Notes: generated by a model not told the origin, from the sequence alone. A stretch of 53,665 bases of DNA, filler included, from Catajapyx aquilonaris (GCA_000934665.2; 2 parts of 2 records of this genome joined end to end with filler, not necessarily neighbours in it), one strand, 5' to 3'. Positions 1 to 14,725 are shown, counted from the whole stretch's first letter. Numbers and translations are program-made.

Positions 1-2375
1 CCGGCTACAATACGGTGTGTGTCTGCCTACCGTGAGCCTCCTGCACTAGTGTAGTACCCGTGTGCCTGTGCGGTATAGTGCGGTACCTCCCCGAGAAGTA
101 CCGGTCCGAAACGGTACAGTTTGTTGAGAAAGCCTGCACATTGTGACGTAATTTGCGAAAAGGGAGGAGGGGGCCGGGCTGCCGTTACTTTATTTAATGA
201 AAACGGAGAATTCGGGTTGGAATTTCACGAATCTGCATCAGTCACGTTCAAAATTTGGGCTTGTATGCAAGGGTTGTAAACGCGATAACATTGCTGGGGA
301 TTTTGAAAAATTAGCCAGCCGGGGACGTAGACTACTAGTATGCCCTATATGAAGTGCATTAATAGAGCCGAATTCATTCAATGTTGCCTGTGCTAACCTC
401 AATAGGCTCGCAAAAAGATTGACAAAACCTGCTGAAAACACTGGCATGCGAAATAAGCCGAATGTCAATGCATGCAAAGGAGCGTTATTAATTATTCATT
501 AATCAATTCCCTATTAATCAGGCGTGATCTGTTGATGACTCACTTTCTGAGGTCTACAGGTCCTAAAATAGCTACTCTTAAAGGTTGGTATTGCTGGAAT
601 TTCGCACATTGCTTAGGTTCGGGTGTCTTTACCGCCGTGAAAATATTTACTGTTCAATAATTCATGCTTGCGGTTCACTTGCACGTTTTGAGTCATACAT
701 GCAGCATGTAAAATGCTGAACTGTTAAAGACTGTTAAGCGAATACCAACAGAGCGGATTTTTCCGGACTGATTTGCAAGAGAGCATTCAGGTATGCGGTG
801 CTTGACCGCCTTTCATTTCAGAAATAACCGTACATATTTGGGACAAAGAGCTGCATAGGCCAGGAAGGCCATGTGGAATCTCGGGTCTATTCTGGTTTTG
901 GTAGGATCACTTTTCGGTGGTCCTTAGAGCAAGGAGGAAGGCGGAGGAAGAAAGGAGGGGGCGAGAGGGATGGCAGTTAAAAGAAGTAGGAAGAAGGGAT
1001 GGCAGTGTTCCTGCCAAGGATGTTGGGGACCCGGGACAACAGCATCGGGTTACATAAGCCGTGTGTGACATACACCGTGAAGGATCTTTTCCTGCAACGT
1101 TCCTGGTTCCCACACTTCCACGAAGGACCCCCATTTTGTTTTTGGGAGAGTAAGCGCATGCGGGTACCCCCAGCCCCCTTTTTGCTCATTTTGCCGCGAT
1201 GCACAGTCCTCATTTCTTATGATTAGGTTCGGAGCAGGTGGATGAGTTCGCTCTAAGGGCAACAAACGACTCCATGATTGGCGTCCGTCGGGGCCTGCCA
1301 GATGGGGACAAAATATTGGTCTAGTTACTTGTAAACATGTAGTTCTAGGCGAAAAGGTGTCAGCGATTAGAGTTGTCAAAGCACCTGCGGGAGAGCATTC
1401 ATAAACATTATATGGAACATAGCAGTTTCACCTGCAAATCCACTGCATTGCGTGGGGCGTACATTCATATCCCACCTGTTATGAAAGTCGGTAAGAGTTT
1501 TATGAAATTATTTTACAACCGGCGCTGTTATGGGCACTTAAAAAAAAACCGGTGTCGAGAAAGGCCGTCTTGATTCCTATGCCGCTTCCTGCTGTCGTTG
1601 GTACGTCCCGATCTGAAAGTATGTTGCTGGACTTTTGAAGGCCCTTCAGAACAACAACAAAAAAAAAGGTTCGAGAGTGGACCTTGGGCAGTTGGATAAT
1701 CGAAAAAGTCATTTTCCCGCCCTGGGCCAACAGTCTTGCCAATCTCTTACATTTTATTTTTTTTGTACAATCTGCCAATCCCTGGAATGAGATGAAGGCC
1801 CATTTTATCCGCAGGGATATATCTCCCTTTTCCTCTATTGTCTCCGTGAGCATAGCGGTGAAATAGAGCGTGAAAAGTGAGTTGTCAATCTGGTGGTTGT
1901 GCAGTGTCCAACTTCCTAACGGAATGTCCCCCTTTTTTTATATGTTCTCCCCGGGTGGCAGAGGGGTGGTTGTATATCGAGCCGGTGGCGTGTATTAGGT
2001 TTTTGCCTGGTGGACTGCGATATGGCCACTCGCTCATGTTTGGGAGGAAATACCGGCTTTGGAGCCATCCGAATCCACCCCCTCATACCGCAGGAGGGGG
2101 GCTGATCGAAACTGACGGTTTTTTAATCGGCATTTTGTTTATCGGCTGGAAGTAATTCAGGGGGGGAGTGAAGTTAGATTGTGCCTGCAGGGTACGTATA
2201 GATCGGACGGATTCCGGTCTTTACTATAAATAAAGGTATAACTGGGTACAACTTATGTGCAAATGCGAGGTTCACGGTGGATGGCGACAAAAGTGCGGGA
2301 TAGTTGTCCTAATTTGACATGGATAGTGCAGGGCAGGAGATGTAATGCAAATGCCAGGAGGGTGAATCCGGCGCG

Positions 2376-2737
2376 ATGCAAAAGCACGCCCAGACGACCA
2401 GCCAGAACGCGGCTGCAAAGAGACAGGCCAGACTTGAGCCCATCCGGAGGTGGAACTCATTCCATTCCCGGAGGAGTGTGTTGGACGGGCTTCCACTGCC
2501 TGGACACCATCATCACCACCACCATCATCACCATCACCAGGCGCCGTTGTCGTCTAGCGTGCCCGGGAAGGGCGGCGGGCCTTCTTTGTTGACCACTGCC
2601 CTCATCAGGTCCGGATCGCCTTCCAGAGGAAGTTCTTCCGGATCGGATTCCGGGTTCGTGGCCTCTTCCGGCGGGGAGATACCCTCCGGAGCATTACAGC
2701 CGCCCGGATCACTTCACCGGAGACGCTTCTCTGTTTG
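2376..2737 (+). CDS. RAPGEF2: Rap GEF (PDZ-GEF/RAPGEF2/6-like), putative alternative first coding exon with His11 tract
   Basis: ATG at 2376 has an in-frame TAA upstream (2343). The ORF ends RRRFSV-TG|GTAAGC, a strong phase-2 donor. It joins the 9208 exon in frame to give ...FSVC-FGKRTGG. Confidence 0.7.
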
Positions 2738-3094
2738 GTAAGCTAGGCTCGTGTGACGTCACCGGACATAGTTCGCCAAACGACCATCGCTGCTGGATGG
2801 GAGTCGCTGGTGTGCGATCTGCCCTCTAAATTTATATTGCTACTGGGAGCAGCAGGGACCAGAGTCCCATCTGCCAACGGTGCCAAAACAGCCAATTTCG
2901 AGCGGAACAAAAGGCATAAGTCATTTTCGGTGACAAGGGGGGCCGCGCCCTGCCTGCCAACACTGCCGCTACTCTCGGGCCAATTACATGTCGGGTTTGG
3001 GAAAACTCCAGCTTGTGCCTGAATCATTGTCGCAGAATATTTGCTGGCGCACCTGAATCCTAATTGATTTGTATATTTGTATAGTTAACAAGTA

Positions 3095-3246
3095 CACTGT
3101 AAATAGCAAAGCATATAGAAAGACTGGTGAGTCTCCCATGGAGCATCGATTTTTAATGCTTAAAAAGCATCACCAGAGCGTTAGAAATGCATTAAAAATT
3201 GATGCTCCATGAGAGATGCTCTTTTAATGTTTTGCAGTTTACAGTG
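3095..3246. mobile_element. MITE with CACTGTAAA termini (CACTA/EnSpm-like)
   Basis: TA-CACTGTAAA...TTTACAGTG-TA, plus an internal inverted pair CATGGAGCATCGATTTTTAATGC / GCATTAAAAATTGATGCTCCATG. Confidence 0.65.
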
Positions 3247-6200
3247 TACATAAACATACAAACAAGAATATACCAATTACCTGATACCTGATGGACTATA
3301 TATGAACATGTGGCACCTGGCAGGACATTTCATCTCTTTGATGTTCCGTCAAAATAATTGGCATTTTCATTTACCTATACGCGACTTTGGATTACTATGC
3401 GTAATTTGCGAGGATTTTTCCGGATATTCCTCCAATCTCATTTGCTGGGGAACCTGCTGGAGTATACTGTTTCACTGTCGCAATCTGCCTCCGACCTGTT
3501 TATGAGAGGGTTCTGAAATTTCCGAACACTTTATCCGGAACCGCGCCGAACACACACACACAAAAAAAAGTGCAAGCCCCGAGGAATACAGGCAGCTAAT
3601 ATCATCAGAGGCATTCTATTTCCCAGGAAATGAAGCGTCGTAATCCGACCTCATTTACTATACGGAAGGAAAGAGTGAACGGGAGGGAATCTTCCTGGAA
3701 TTAAGGCGAAATCCCTCCCTTTTCCTCGGGACAAGAAATCCCGCCCAGATTTTCGGAGAGGCGCCCTAAATTCATCAGACTATTGCGTGTCTTAATAAGG
3801 GTGTGGTCCAACTTGTTTTTTTAAAAGTATGAGGGGGTTAGATTGGGTTTATATGGGGGGCGAGGTCGGCTTCCGATCGAATCCCATTTGTGAGGATGGA
3901 CCCTCCCCCCCTCAGGAGCGGAGATAACTTATAATTGCCGGCTTGTGCCCCAGCTATTCAATTTGATCGCTTTTTGGGCTGGTAGGGGAAACGCCCAGAT
4001 TTTGCGCCAGTATTTGATTGTCCGCAAGTTTGGCACCCATGGAAACAGTGACAGATTGGGGGTTTAAAAATTTGACGGAAGAAGTCGTTCAGAAGATGTC
4101 ACGGACCAGGATCCTTTTCTGAAAAGAACAGAAAAAATGTCAGGCGATTTCTTCTTCCCTCTCGTCCTTGCCAAATATCCCAGAAAGGTATGATTTGTGA
4201 CCTTTTCTGATCAGTGACAGGTGGGAAAATCACCCCTTTTCAGGAAAATAGTTTGGCATTAATTTTCTGCGGAATGATTCGTCCGAGGGGGGGGGNNNNG
4301 GGGGGGGGGAAATGAAATGGACCTCTTCTTTCCCAGGCTCCCATAGGGAATATCATTTGCACAGGCTGCTGGGGCTGGAGAAAGTGTGATTAGAGGCCCC
4401 CATCTCCACTATACCTCGTCAGAACACAGGGCTTTTGTTCCCAAGGCGTAATCATACCAAAGGGGGGGTCCCAAGAATTATGCGGTTTGACGCTGCTTTT
4501 GCTGGAAGTAAACCTCACGACACGTCTGAGAGAAGGTGTGGGTCGTGTGGAGTGCATGACCCACAAATGGATCTTGTTGACTCGACAATTATCTGGTTGT
4601 CAATTGCAGGGAGCACTATAGGGGTTGTTCACACTTGAAAGGAGAGGGTAATTACTTTCCAGGTGATTCTTGCGGGGTTTCCGCGAATTGTTATACGGAT
4701 AAATTCTCAGGAATATCGATGATTATTCTGGCTCAGGAAAGGTTCTCATGGAATTCTGGGAGGCAACATCCGGCGGACAGTTTTCTCTATCCTAGTTAAA
4801 TCATGAATCCTGGATTAGCATAGCAACTTGCATCATTTGGTTCAGCTGACTGTATACTGCCAAGTAAACAGTTCAAAGGGAGATTTGGGGATTGATTCAT
4901 TAAACTTTGTTGCGTTTTGCTGCCGGCTGATGTTGAGGTAGGCATTGTTACGAGCGGGTGACTGTAATTCAGCGTAATTTTAATTCAGACCTTTAATGGC
5001 TGGGAAAAATAATGAACTTGTTAGGCCGCAGGTATTTTTGCTGATTGTGTGGAGTTGTGAATGTCAGAGTTGAAAACTAATCACGTCCGCGTGTTTTTGC
5101 GTGTTTTAATAAACTCTGCTCTACACACCTGTCAGGTCAACACTCGCCAATAACGTTTGCAGTTTGGTTGTTTATGACCCTGGGGGTTTCAATACGCGAT
5201 TTTTTTTGCGCCATTTTAAAAAAACGAGCACATACACACGCGATCGTTCATAATTTGATAACATTAGTTGTCAACCCCTATCTTCTGAATCACTGGACTT
5301 GACGGGAATGAACGAACGTACTGACGAGCCCATCTGATCATGAAATGCGATCATTTCATTTTTAGCAAATGGGCGCCTACTGATTGCCACTTCTGTCCCC
5401 TCCCCCCAAAAAATCCGGAATTATCCAAGAGTTGGTTGAATGTTGATCGCAGGGAAAACGAGAAAGCCTATCGATGACTATAACCTGTCCCACCCACCCT
5501 GTATGCTCACCTCCCACTTCACTATTACACGCGGATGGCTCATTGAGTCGGGATGGAATTGCTGCTCGCTAAACCACGTGTAATTTACTCATGTTGCAAA
5601 TCCATGTGGGAGATCTCATGAATATTCGGTGGGTGATGGTTTTGGAGGGGGTGTAGGGAAGAGGAGGCAAGTGAAAATTTTGGGGCCGGGTTTCAACGGG
5701 GACTGGAAATTAACTGCGGCCGTCATTCGCTCCGCTCGACTGCTCGGACACCGAGGACCATGTGTCGCCTGCATGTGCTGCCGCTGGTTTATGGCATAAA
5801 ATGGAAAATAAAAAGTAGGTGGAGAGGCCACCCACTGGTGGACGACACTAAATTAGGGACTGACCCTTCAATGGTCAGGAATGATATTTAATTTCAGGTC
5901 CGGTTGTCATAGTCGGAATATATACGAAGTGGCGGGAGTCGTGGTGGAAGTGCGGGGCATCTCGCCACATGGCAAAGCCACAGTAACGTTCGTTGGCCTG
6001 CGGCGACACAAAACGTACAGTAATTTTAGTGGTTACATACAGTGACTATAAGTGCCCAGCTCCGCAATTAACTAAAATTATCACGCTAATGGACAGACCC
6101 TGCCCTGGAGCGTCCACAAAGAGCGACAGTATACCGGGGATGTTAGAAAAAGCGCTCTCTGAACTGCTCCACCCCGACTCCTATGCCACTTCGTCGCGTA

Positions 6201-9200
6201 GGAAAGATCAGCCAAAATATACATATAATGAATGAAATATAAATATTTAAAAAAATGACGTGTGAATGAATCTTCGCCTGTCCGAATGTTAGGTTTTGCT
6301 GATATAGGAACAGTTGGTTTCCAGATAAACATAGTTGTTCGAACGTCTGGGCGAGAGTTGGACAGGCAACAAAGGATATTACAGTTTTGACGGAGTACTT
6401 TCTTTTTTTTGCTTGGTGGGCATGTTTCCATCCGAGCCCAGCCTGCAGAAATCCGGGGGCAATTTTTTCCCTTATCCGGAGGTTCCATGTCGGAATGATT
6501 GATACAGTGACGAAATTGAACTACGCCAAGCCTTGTAAGGTTTGAGTAAAGAGAGGGGTGGTTGGGAGGGTTGGAGAGTACTGGGGGAGAGAGGCTGCAG
6601 CCAGATGATTGTTGGGCCGAGTCAATGGACCCGGATAATTGATCGTAGTTGTCCTCCCCCGTTTGTGCTAATTGGTCGGGAAAAGAGGAAGGAAGTTCCC
6701 GGAGGGGCCTGCAGATCTGATAGATTCATTTCCAGCCCCCAATTTTTTCCCCTCCCCTGCAGCAGCTGCCACTGTAAATGACCAATTATGTCAAGCAGAT
6801 TGAAGTACTGTGTATGTACAAGGCGGGGAATAATTTTTTCCCTCTCTCGTTCCGGTACAGGGTGTTACTTAACGCACCCGAGGTGGAAAAACGCCTGTTT
6901 ACGGGAAATTCCGGATGGTTTTGTTGACAGTTCACATCCTATAGTGGTAATGATCCGGAGAAATGGCGACAACAACACGTTCCTGGGCGAAACTCCTCCC
7001 AATTGATAATTCTGAAAAAGTGCATTTTCCTGTTATGTTATCCTAGTTTAGTAACAGTCTCCAGGAAAAATATTGCTGGCTGATATAACCCCCACTTTTC
7101 ACCTGACAGATTTTTACTGACAGCTATACGTTTGTACAATATATTTTTGCAATATCACTTACCCAGTAATGGATTAAAATTGACTGAATTCGCGCCCTAG
7201 ATTTCACAGCACTCTACGTGCGAGTCGTATAAGGAACATTGAAAGTTGTGGAGAGCTTTCAGGAACACATATAGGAGGGTTTATTCACCTATGGGTGCTC
7301 CAGTCGGATTCTGATAGGCCTGGGGGACAATTGAGATTAATCAGAGAACGAGCGTGACTCTCTAAAAATTTCATCACCGTAATCAGTCGGCAGTACTCGC
7401 AAATTAGGACCAAAGTTCAACAATTTTGAAGTATTTCATTTATTGCCTCCGGATTGGTAATGAGGACTGGAAGGGGGGGTGAAAGTCGAACCCGTTGGAA
7501 TCTAGGATTACGTAAGGAGGGGGGGAGGGGAATTATGAGAGAAAGAGAGACCTGCTGAGGGTTCGTACAAAAGAAAATGGAGATGGGGGGGGGAGAGGGG
7601 TGGAAAAGGAGTGAGAGAAAAAACGTCGGAGAGGGAAGTGTCAGTGACCGTTTTGAATCGAGTGTCGGAGAAAAGTTGGCAGGAATGGGAAATGGAATGT
7701 CGGAAAGGTTTTTTTTTTCCTTTCTTTCTTTTTTTTTAAAAAAAGGGGTTTGAGTGCAAGTCACAAGGGTTTGTGTGCGGTTGCGGGCTAGAAGTCGTTC
7801 CCCTTTGGATAAATTCCATTCACTGCACCTGATTGCCAACTATGTGACAAATGGACTTGGACGCTTTCAACCAAAATGCTGCCCCGGAATCCATTAATTT
7901 AAAGTGCAAATATCAGCAGCTCTTTTTTTTATTTTTAGCAATTTGAATTCAAGTGGAATGATCTTGAACGCGTGTGTACGTGAGTAATGGTGTGCTCGGA
8001 TTGCTACCTCGTTAGGAATTGTGTGCGTCGGGCCTAATTAAGCATGCTGGATGTACGCCCAGGAGTTTATATTAGAGATTCAGGGATGCTGAATCATCAC
8101 GTGTGCTGCTGCATGGCGGTGGTCAATTTAGGCCGGACCGGTGATATTTCGTATACGTTTTGTGTTCGAATTACGAGGGGACCGGCAGTTTCGAGCAAGT
8201 GAGGCAGAAATACGTGCAAAATTGAGCCTGATTGCAGTTCAAGGGGGACGTATAGGATAATGGTTGCGGGTGCATTGTACTATATATGCTGGGGTCGGGT
8301 CACGCCGGTTTAAATGCTGGAAATGGTTTTAGTGGACACCGCAGGATGGCCTGCACATTATCGCCAAATTTGGGATGGAATGGAAATGGTTGATTCCCTT
8401 TCCAAGTGTGAATATCATCAGCTTGTGGTAGATTCCTTCTCCTAACTTTCGAGTATGTCATCTGTCGGACAAGGTGCTAAGAGCAATTAGGAGCTAGGTG
8501 TAAACAGGAAGACGAGATCATTGGCTGGGCCAACGACGGCTGCCTCTGCACTTCCTCATTTCCTGCTTGTGAGTGTCCGATGCGCCTGCTCCGATGTCTT
8601 TTATAATATGGTGATTGCGGGGTTGGGAATGACTGCGATTAGGGCGACAGTCGCAGAGAGGTTTGCTCGCCCTTCTATTCTTCTCCGGGGAACAATGCGA
8701 TTCTGCATTATGTCCCCCCCCTTCTCGTGTCATCATTCCCAGTAGGCAATCAGTGAAGTTTCTTCTTCTTTCCAAACCCCTCCTTCGCTTGATTGGTCCC
8801 CTCGGAATGGCGATGCTGCGAGATTGATGTTGATGGCACGTGTCGGGGTCGCCACCTCATTGCTTCCAAACAGCCCCGTCCCTCCGTATATTTTTCCCCC
8901 CCAGCATTGTCGCCAGAATGTGTGTGTCCATTGTGGTCTGAGCAATGGCCATGAACATGTCATTTGTAACTGCCGGTTATTGGCATAGTTGACAGTGACG
9001 AGCAATATGGCTGTCACCATCGGTGGCATGGTCAGAATAGGGTGGTGTCATCCATCTTTAGGGAAACTAGAGTGTGCATCTGACAGTTGTTTCAAGTGCG
9101 TCTTGGCTGGATTTGGATCGAACTCACGATCCAGTTCCCATAACTAATGTGTAATTGAGTGTGCGAATCATGGTTCTGATTGAATTCCTTTTTTTCTTTC

Positions 9201-9207
9201 TCCACAG

Positions 9208-9283
9208 TTTCGGGAAGCGAACTGGCGGAAGTGCACGCCGTCCCAATGAATGCCTCATCTTGGAACCATCCGAGATGATCGTG
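9208..9283 (+). CDS. RAPGEF2: Rap GEF exon, end of the N-terminal degenerate cNMP-binding domain
   Basis: Polypyrimidine-CAG acceptor and GTG|GTAAGT donor, 76 nt. Encodes (C)FGKRTGGSARRPNECLILEPSEMIV, matching the RAPGEF2/6 motif FGK...C..LEPSEMIV. Too short for the ORF track. Confidence 0.9.
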
Positions 9284-12200
9284 GTAAGTGGACCTTGACC
9301 TCCAGTAGGTGTTGGAAAACCTTGAGGAAACCATAATGAAACTCGTAAATTAGCTACGTGTCCTCCTTCGCCCAAGTTTCTGCAGGAGGCTGCTCCATAT
9401 ATTGATTCTCGCCCGTCTCTTTCCCCAAAACTTGCAGCTATACAGCAAACATAACTCAAATCTCGTATATACCATATATGTTTTCCCGGGCCGGGGATTT
9501 GGTTTCAGTTTGTTACATTTTCCAGCAGCATGTGTATGCACCGTGTTGAAATTTTTTTCAGCAATAACCGAGAAGGCTGGGAGGCGAAAACATGTCCAGA
9601 GTTATGTTACTTATCCCCAGACCCTGCGAAAATATTGTTTGCGTTATGCCAGGCTGCAATCTCCAGATTTGCAGGAAAAATGATTCCGGAGCAGTATATA
9701 TAAGAAAAGGAGGGCGACATCGGGTGTAATAAAGGAATCTAAAATTAAATTCCAGAATTTTCACACGGCAGATTTCAATTTGGGCAGGGCGTGATTATAA
9801 GCCGTTATTATTTGCGCCAACCGGCAAAGTTATCACTACCCAAGCGAGTAAAACCCGGTTTAATTACGGAAATATCGGAATCTTACCCAAAAAATAAGGC
9901 GTGGCATGAGGGGGGGAAGAGTTTTAATGAAAGTGGAAAGTTTTGACGTAATTGCCAGTTTGGGTTCGGAAGAGATGAGGGAGGAGAAGAAGAAGAAGAA
10001 AAAAAAAAAACATTTGCTAGATCCGATTAAATCCTGAAGACGCTTTCTGAAGGAGAAGGCCATTACAGGAGCATGTCGAGAGAGAAGCCCCCGGAGTTTT
10101 TCATCCGGATTTTTGCTAAACAAGACGTTTCCAGCTTAACTCTGGATGGATTTGAGCACACCATTTACACCCGTTTCTTTTCACCTTTAAAAAAACAAAA
10201 AAAAAACAAAGTCTGGTGCGCTGAACTGGCAGGCTGCTCGTCGCGACGGATTAATTCCCCAGGTTTATGCTCCAATTAATGAGAGGAAGATTATTATATT
10301 TTGTGTGGGGGGGACCCTGGATGTTACGGCGAGGCGTAATAATCATTTTGGATTACGAGGTTTTGCATTAAAATGGCTGGCGTCAAAATGTCCGTCGCTA
10401 ATATTACGCCGGAGTGTAATCCGGCCAGCCCTTTTGTGCAAAGTGATGTGGGGGATTTTACAGGCCATTGCTGCATATGCAACCGCCATTTGTATTTTTA
10501 AACGTGTACAGTACATGTACGGTACAGTACATGCACGCACCTTTTTAAATTTATGGATTTTTTTTAAGTGTGTGTAGCAGCCAAATGCTCTGAAGGAGAC
10601 GGTGGAACATGACGGGGGCATGTCAAAAACACTTCATTTCCTTGAAAACGGGTAATATTTACTGTGCAGACCATTGCATAACGTAGAAAAAAGTAGTAAT
10701 CCCGCGAGGTCTGCGTGATGTGTATGAGGAAGGAGACACGCGTAATTATTTATTAATTACCGAAGACGTACTTTGAAGAAGAAAATTCTTTGCACATTTG
10801 GTATCTAGTTACTAATATCAATGCTGTTGGCGTAGTAAAGCGACTGTTGAGCGGAAAACATTCAAGTATTTTAATGTCATCTTGAAATATTTGCAAGTAC
10901 GACCATCACCAAACACTACCAAAACCGTGCAAAAACCAGTAATTTTGCCAGCCTCTTGTAAACGGCAACCTTGCACTGTATTTCTACTTGAGCGATTGGG
11001 AAACAATCCCTCAGCACCTTGAGGTGAAGAATACACTATTCGCCATTGTAGTTTGGCTTTATGTGGGGCTGTAACCTTCGAGTGTTCTCGGTGCACGGGT
11101 AATGTGAATGGGTGAGTACGTGTATATATCTGGGTGTTGGGTGTTTTTGGAGAAGGAGGAGGAGGAGGAGACCCGGGGACCTTCTCTTTATACAGGGCCG
11201 CCTCACTCTCTCTGCGACAATCAATACCCCCGGCCTAGGGACACGAGGGGCGTTGCCAAACTATGGCCCACGTCTCTCCCTAATATTAGACACGCACTTG
11301 TTAATTAAACCCCCGGACCCTGTCATCTCAGGTATGGCCTCGACTGGCATAGTTATGCGTCGTTATGAGTGGAGATTTGCAATGAATGGGAGGGAGACCT
11401 GCTGATGCACCGAGCCCCAAATAATAACAGTAATATGGAAGCCGTCACCTGCACGTGTGGGTTACGTGGGATGGAAGCCAAGGCATGCTGCAGCTTTCCG
11501 ATGTCGAGATTACATTTTTTGGAGGGAAAAGGGGTCCCCGTTTTTCTTGTGTTTTGCCAGGGGGATGTGGCAGGTTTGGAAGATCTCTTCAATACGAGCC
11601 CTGTCACATCGGGGCCGAATATGGATTTCTTTTTGGAAAAGAAACGAGGCCAGGTGACACATTGTGCTAAGGCTTGGTTGTTTGGGGTTATGTAACATTG
11701 TTAAAGCCTGCACTGTATGCTGACAGTTTCAATGGCCTATTTGCATTAGCTTTGTTTACGCCCAACCGGTGGTAAATTAGGGGCTCTATTCATATAGACA
11801 GGGTTATAAGCCTCGTTCGTGTTATGTCAGTTCGAACCAGTTTGATTTAAAAAAATATTTAGCATCAACCATCATTTTCCTTGAGGGAGTGTGTTGAGGC
11901 TTGAAAGGCCCCGTAGGTCACTTCCAGAACAGCGGTGAAATATTTAAAAAGAGAAGCAATTTCCGGATGGTGTGGTCCGTCACTTTATACAAACCCCGGG
12001 TTGTTGCTCAGGGCACACCATCCGATGTATGAAATTGGAATCTGGTTGTGAAAGTGTAGGTGCAGCGGCAGCAGGGCAGCCGAGAGGAATTGTTGTCATG
12101 CGTCACTGGGACCTTCCTGCCCGACATTAATGCTCGAGGAGCTAGACGGGTTTCATTGGAGCGGCGGATTAAGAACCCGGATTTGCGCTTTTCCGAGGTC

Positions 12201-14725
12201 CACTCCACGTTTCCGGAGAATTCTCCTGCAAAATTTATGTCGGATTCTGGGGAAGGAAAAGGAGAAAATGACTCGCAGTTTCTCAGAGCTGGAGGTATAG
12301 AAGAGAGGTGGAAAAACATCATCAGCGTGTGTTCATACATTAGGAGTTAGACACCGTCCACGATATTATGCCACCACAAATAGAATCAAGGTTATGCCAA
12401 ACGTAAACATGTAGACTACTAGAAAAACTCTCGCTACGCATAACGCATTTTTCAATAACCGGCGACCGATTCACGGGACAGGTGTGGGTGGAAAATGGGG
12501 AGAGGGTCGAGGTGACGGGAGAGAGAGAACAGGGACCTTCACCCACCGCCGCCGGCCGACATGCGTCTGAATGGGTCCTTCACCCACTGCGCATGCGCTG
12601 AACCTGTGCCAATCTGAAGCGTCGCGGTAACAATATGAGACGGACCAATCAGAAGGCTTATACTGTACAATACACACCCACTACAATTTTAATATTATAG
12701 ATGTAACGCTATAGGTTTTGGTGCAAATTTGTAAGATGCTCGACTAATATTGTATTTTTGCAGTGTGAAAGATAATTTAAACCGCAATTTGTGCTGCAAA
12801 GTGTACATTGCACCATCTCTGTACTTCGGTTCAGAGTTTGCTGGATAGTGGGAGAGGGCACCTTCTGAATTAACAGACCCCCTCTTCTCTTGTCTTGGTA
12901 TCGATTGAGTTTCCAGCCGAGCAGGGAAATCCTCTTGTATGCTCCCAGCCCCTTTTGCTGATGGCTCCCGAATCGGAGGGGGTGTGGAAAATTCTACCGG
13001 ATTTCCCGTAGAAAACCACCCGGATTTTGTGCAAACAAAACATGGAAAAAAGAGTATTGTCTGGGTCGTTCGAGCATAACGGGCCATATGCATCAAGGCC
13101 AGGTTCTGCAGGGAAGTAAGTCGTCAAATGGTAGTAGTATTTGCATTTTGAAAATTGGTTTTTGCTGGCTTGTTATTCCCGAGACCCAATGCTTCTCACG
13201 TAGCGCAGATTGCTGTGAATATTGAGTTACAGTCCTCCGGGTCTGAATGGTGCTTGGTTAGAACCAATTTGTGCCAGGGAGACTAAAAATAACGTAATAA
13301 ACTTGTATCACACTGTGATATTTTTCCGAATTAAAAAAAAGGGGGAGCTCCTTGTAATTAAAACAGGGCTTAAGTATGGAGCAATATAGAGTGGAGAGCT
13401 TGTACTGTACGCGGAATGCTTTTGCCAATTTGCCAGAGCAATTAGTTGAAAATGAAGGGCGCGTTTTATGCATAGTTTCGGCCCTCCGTTTAAAGTGCTA
13501 GGGCATAGTTTGTAGCTGTACCAAACAGAGCTGGTATCCCAGTTTTTGCATGTAAAAAAAAAAAGATATGTTGCTGTATAGAGCCGGTGGCCATCTGCAG
13601 TACCTTCAAACACGGCTCAGTGAAGCTTTGAGCTAGGTAAACACGCCAATTTTGTAAAATTTTAACAAGTGCGGTCAGTCGTTAATAACTTCATCCAAAT
13701 AGATCAACCCTATAGTTTTTAGTTGTGCACACATCCTGTTGGTTCTGTAATGAAATATTGAGTGTACTTTCTCAACTAGTGTACTATGTGAGTTTGGCCG
13801 AACTTTTTTTGGGGGGGAGTACCATCTGAGGAACGTCATGGGCTCTAATCGCCATCAACTTTTTCAATGGAACCGTTCGTCTGACCGTGAAATTGAGATG
13901 ATAAGAATAGGGAGAGTGTCGTGAATTTGAGCAGACATGGGTCTCTATGGGGTGCTGAGAAGAATGGAGGGACGAAGCGAGAGAAATCTGGTTTGATTCC
14001 CCGAGGTGGGTTCCATCTTCGGAAAACGCCCCTGCTTCCCTTATCGTCGGCATGCACTTCATTATCCCGAGGAGAGAAATGGCCAGAAAAAGGATGAGAG
14101 TCTCTCTATACCAAGGGTTTCTCTTTTTTTCCCCCCCCATCCGCCATCGATTTCAGGCCCAGCCAAGCTTCCCTTTCAATGCCACTTTTTTAGCCATAAA
14201 AAATGGCCGAATGCAAAATACATGGTTGTTATTGCCAGATTAACATAAAATGAGGCTGCAACAACACTTCGTTTTTGACTAATTAATTATTAAGTTGTTT
14301 TGCGATTATTCGCTGGTGTTTTGTTCGTTTCATGAAGCTGCTGAGGGCAACTCAGGTCACCTGGTTTGATTGCGGTAAACACTTTTTCGGGATGACCAGG
14401 GGTCGAATGCTGATCGCGGGCTTAATTCGGGTTAACACTGTTATTTCACTGGCCGATATGTTGGTTTTGACGATTTTGCTGTGGGATAATTGGCTTATGT
14501 AGCGCATTGCTGGAATATGGCGTCCGGCCATGCAATAAATTAATGCATTAATAAAATTAAGTGCCTCTCCCCGACAAATGTGATTGACATGGACATTTAA
14601 ATACCCGAGGTAATAGTTTTGGAAGGGTAATTACGCTGGTAATCGGCTGTGATGCATCGTTTTTTGGCGAATTTTGCGCCGGATCCGGAATAATATGAGC
14701 TGAAAAACTGAATTTGCAACAATAA

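Noticed and set aside
999..1226. ORF MAVFLPR... resembling RAPGEF 'DGSMFLPR', with a GTAAG donor at 1150
   Set aside because: The upstream WYILLSGSV motif is missing, and the donor is phase 1, incompatible with the phase-2 exon at 9208.
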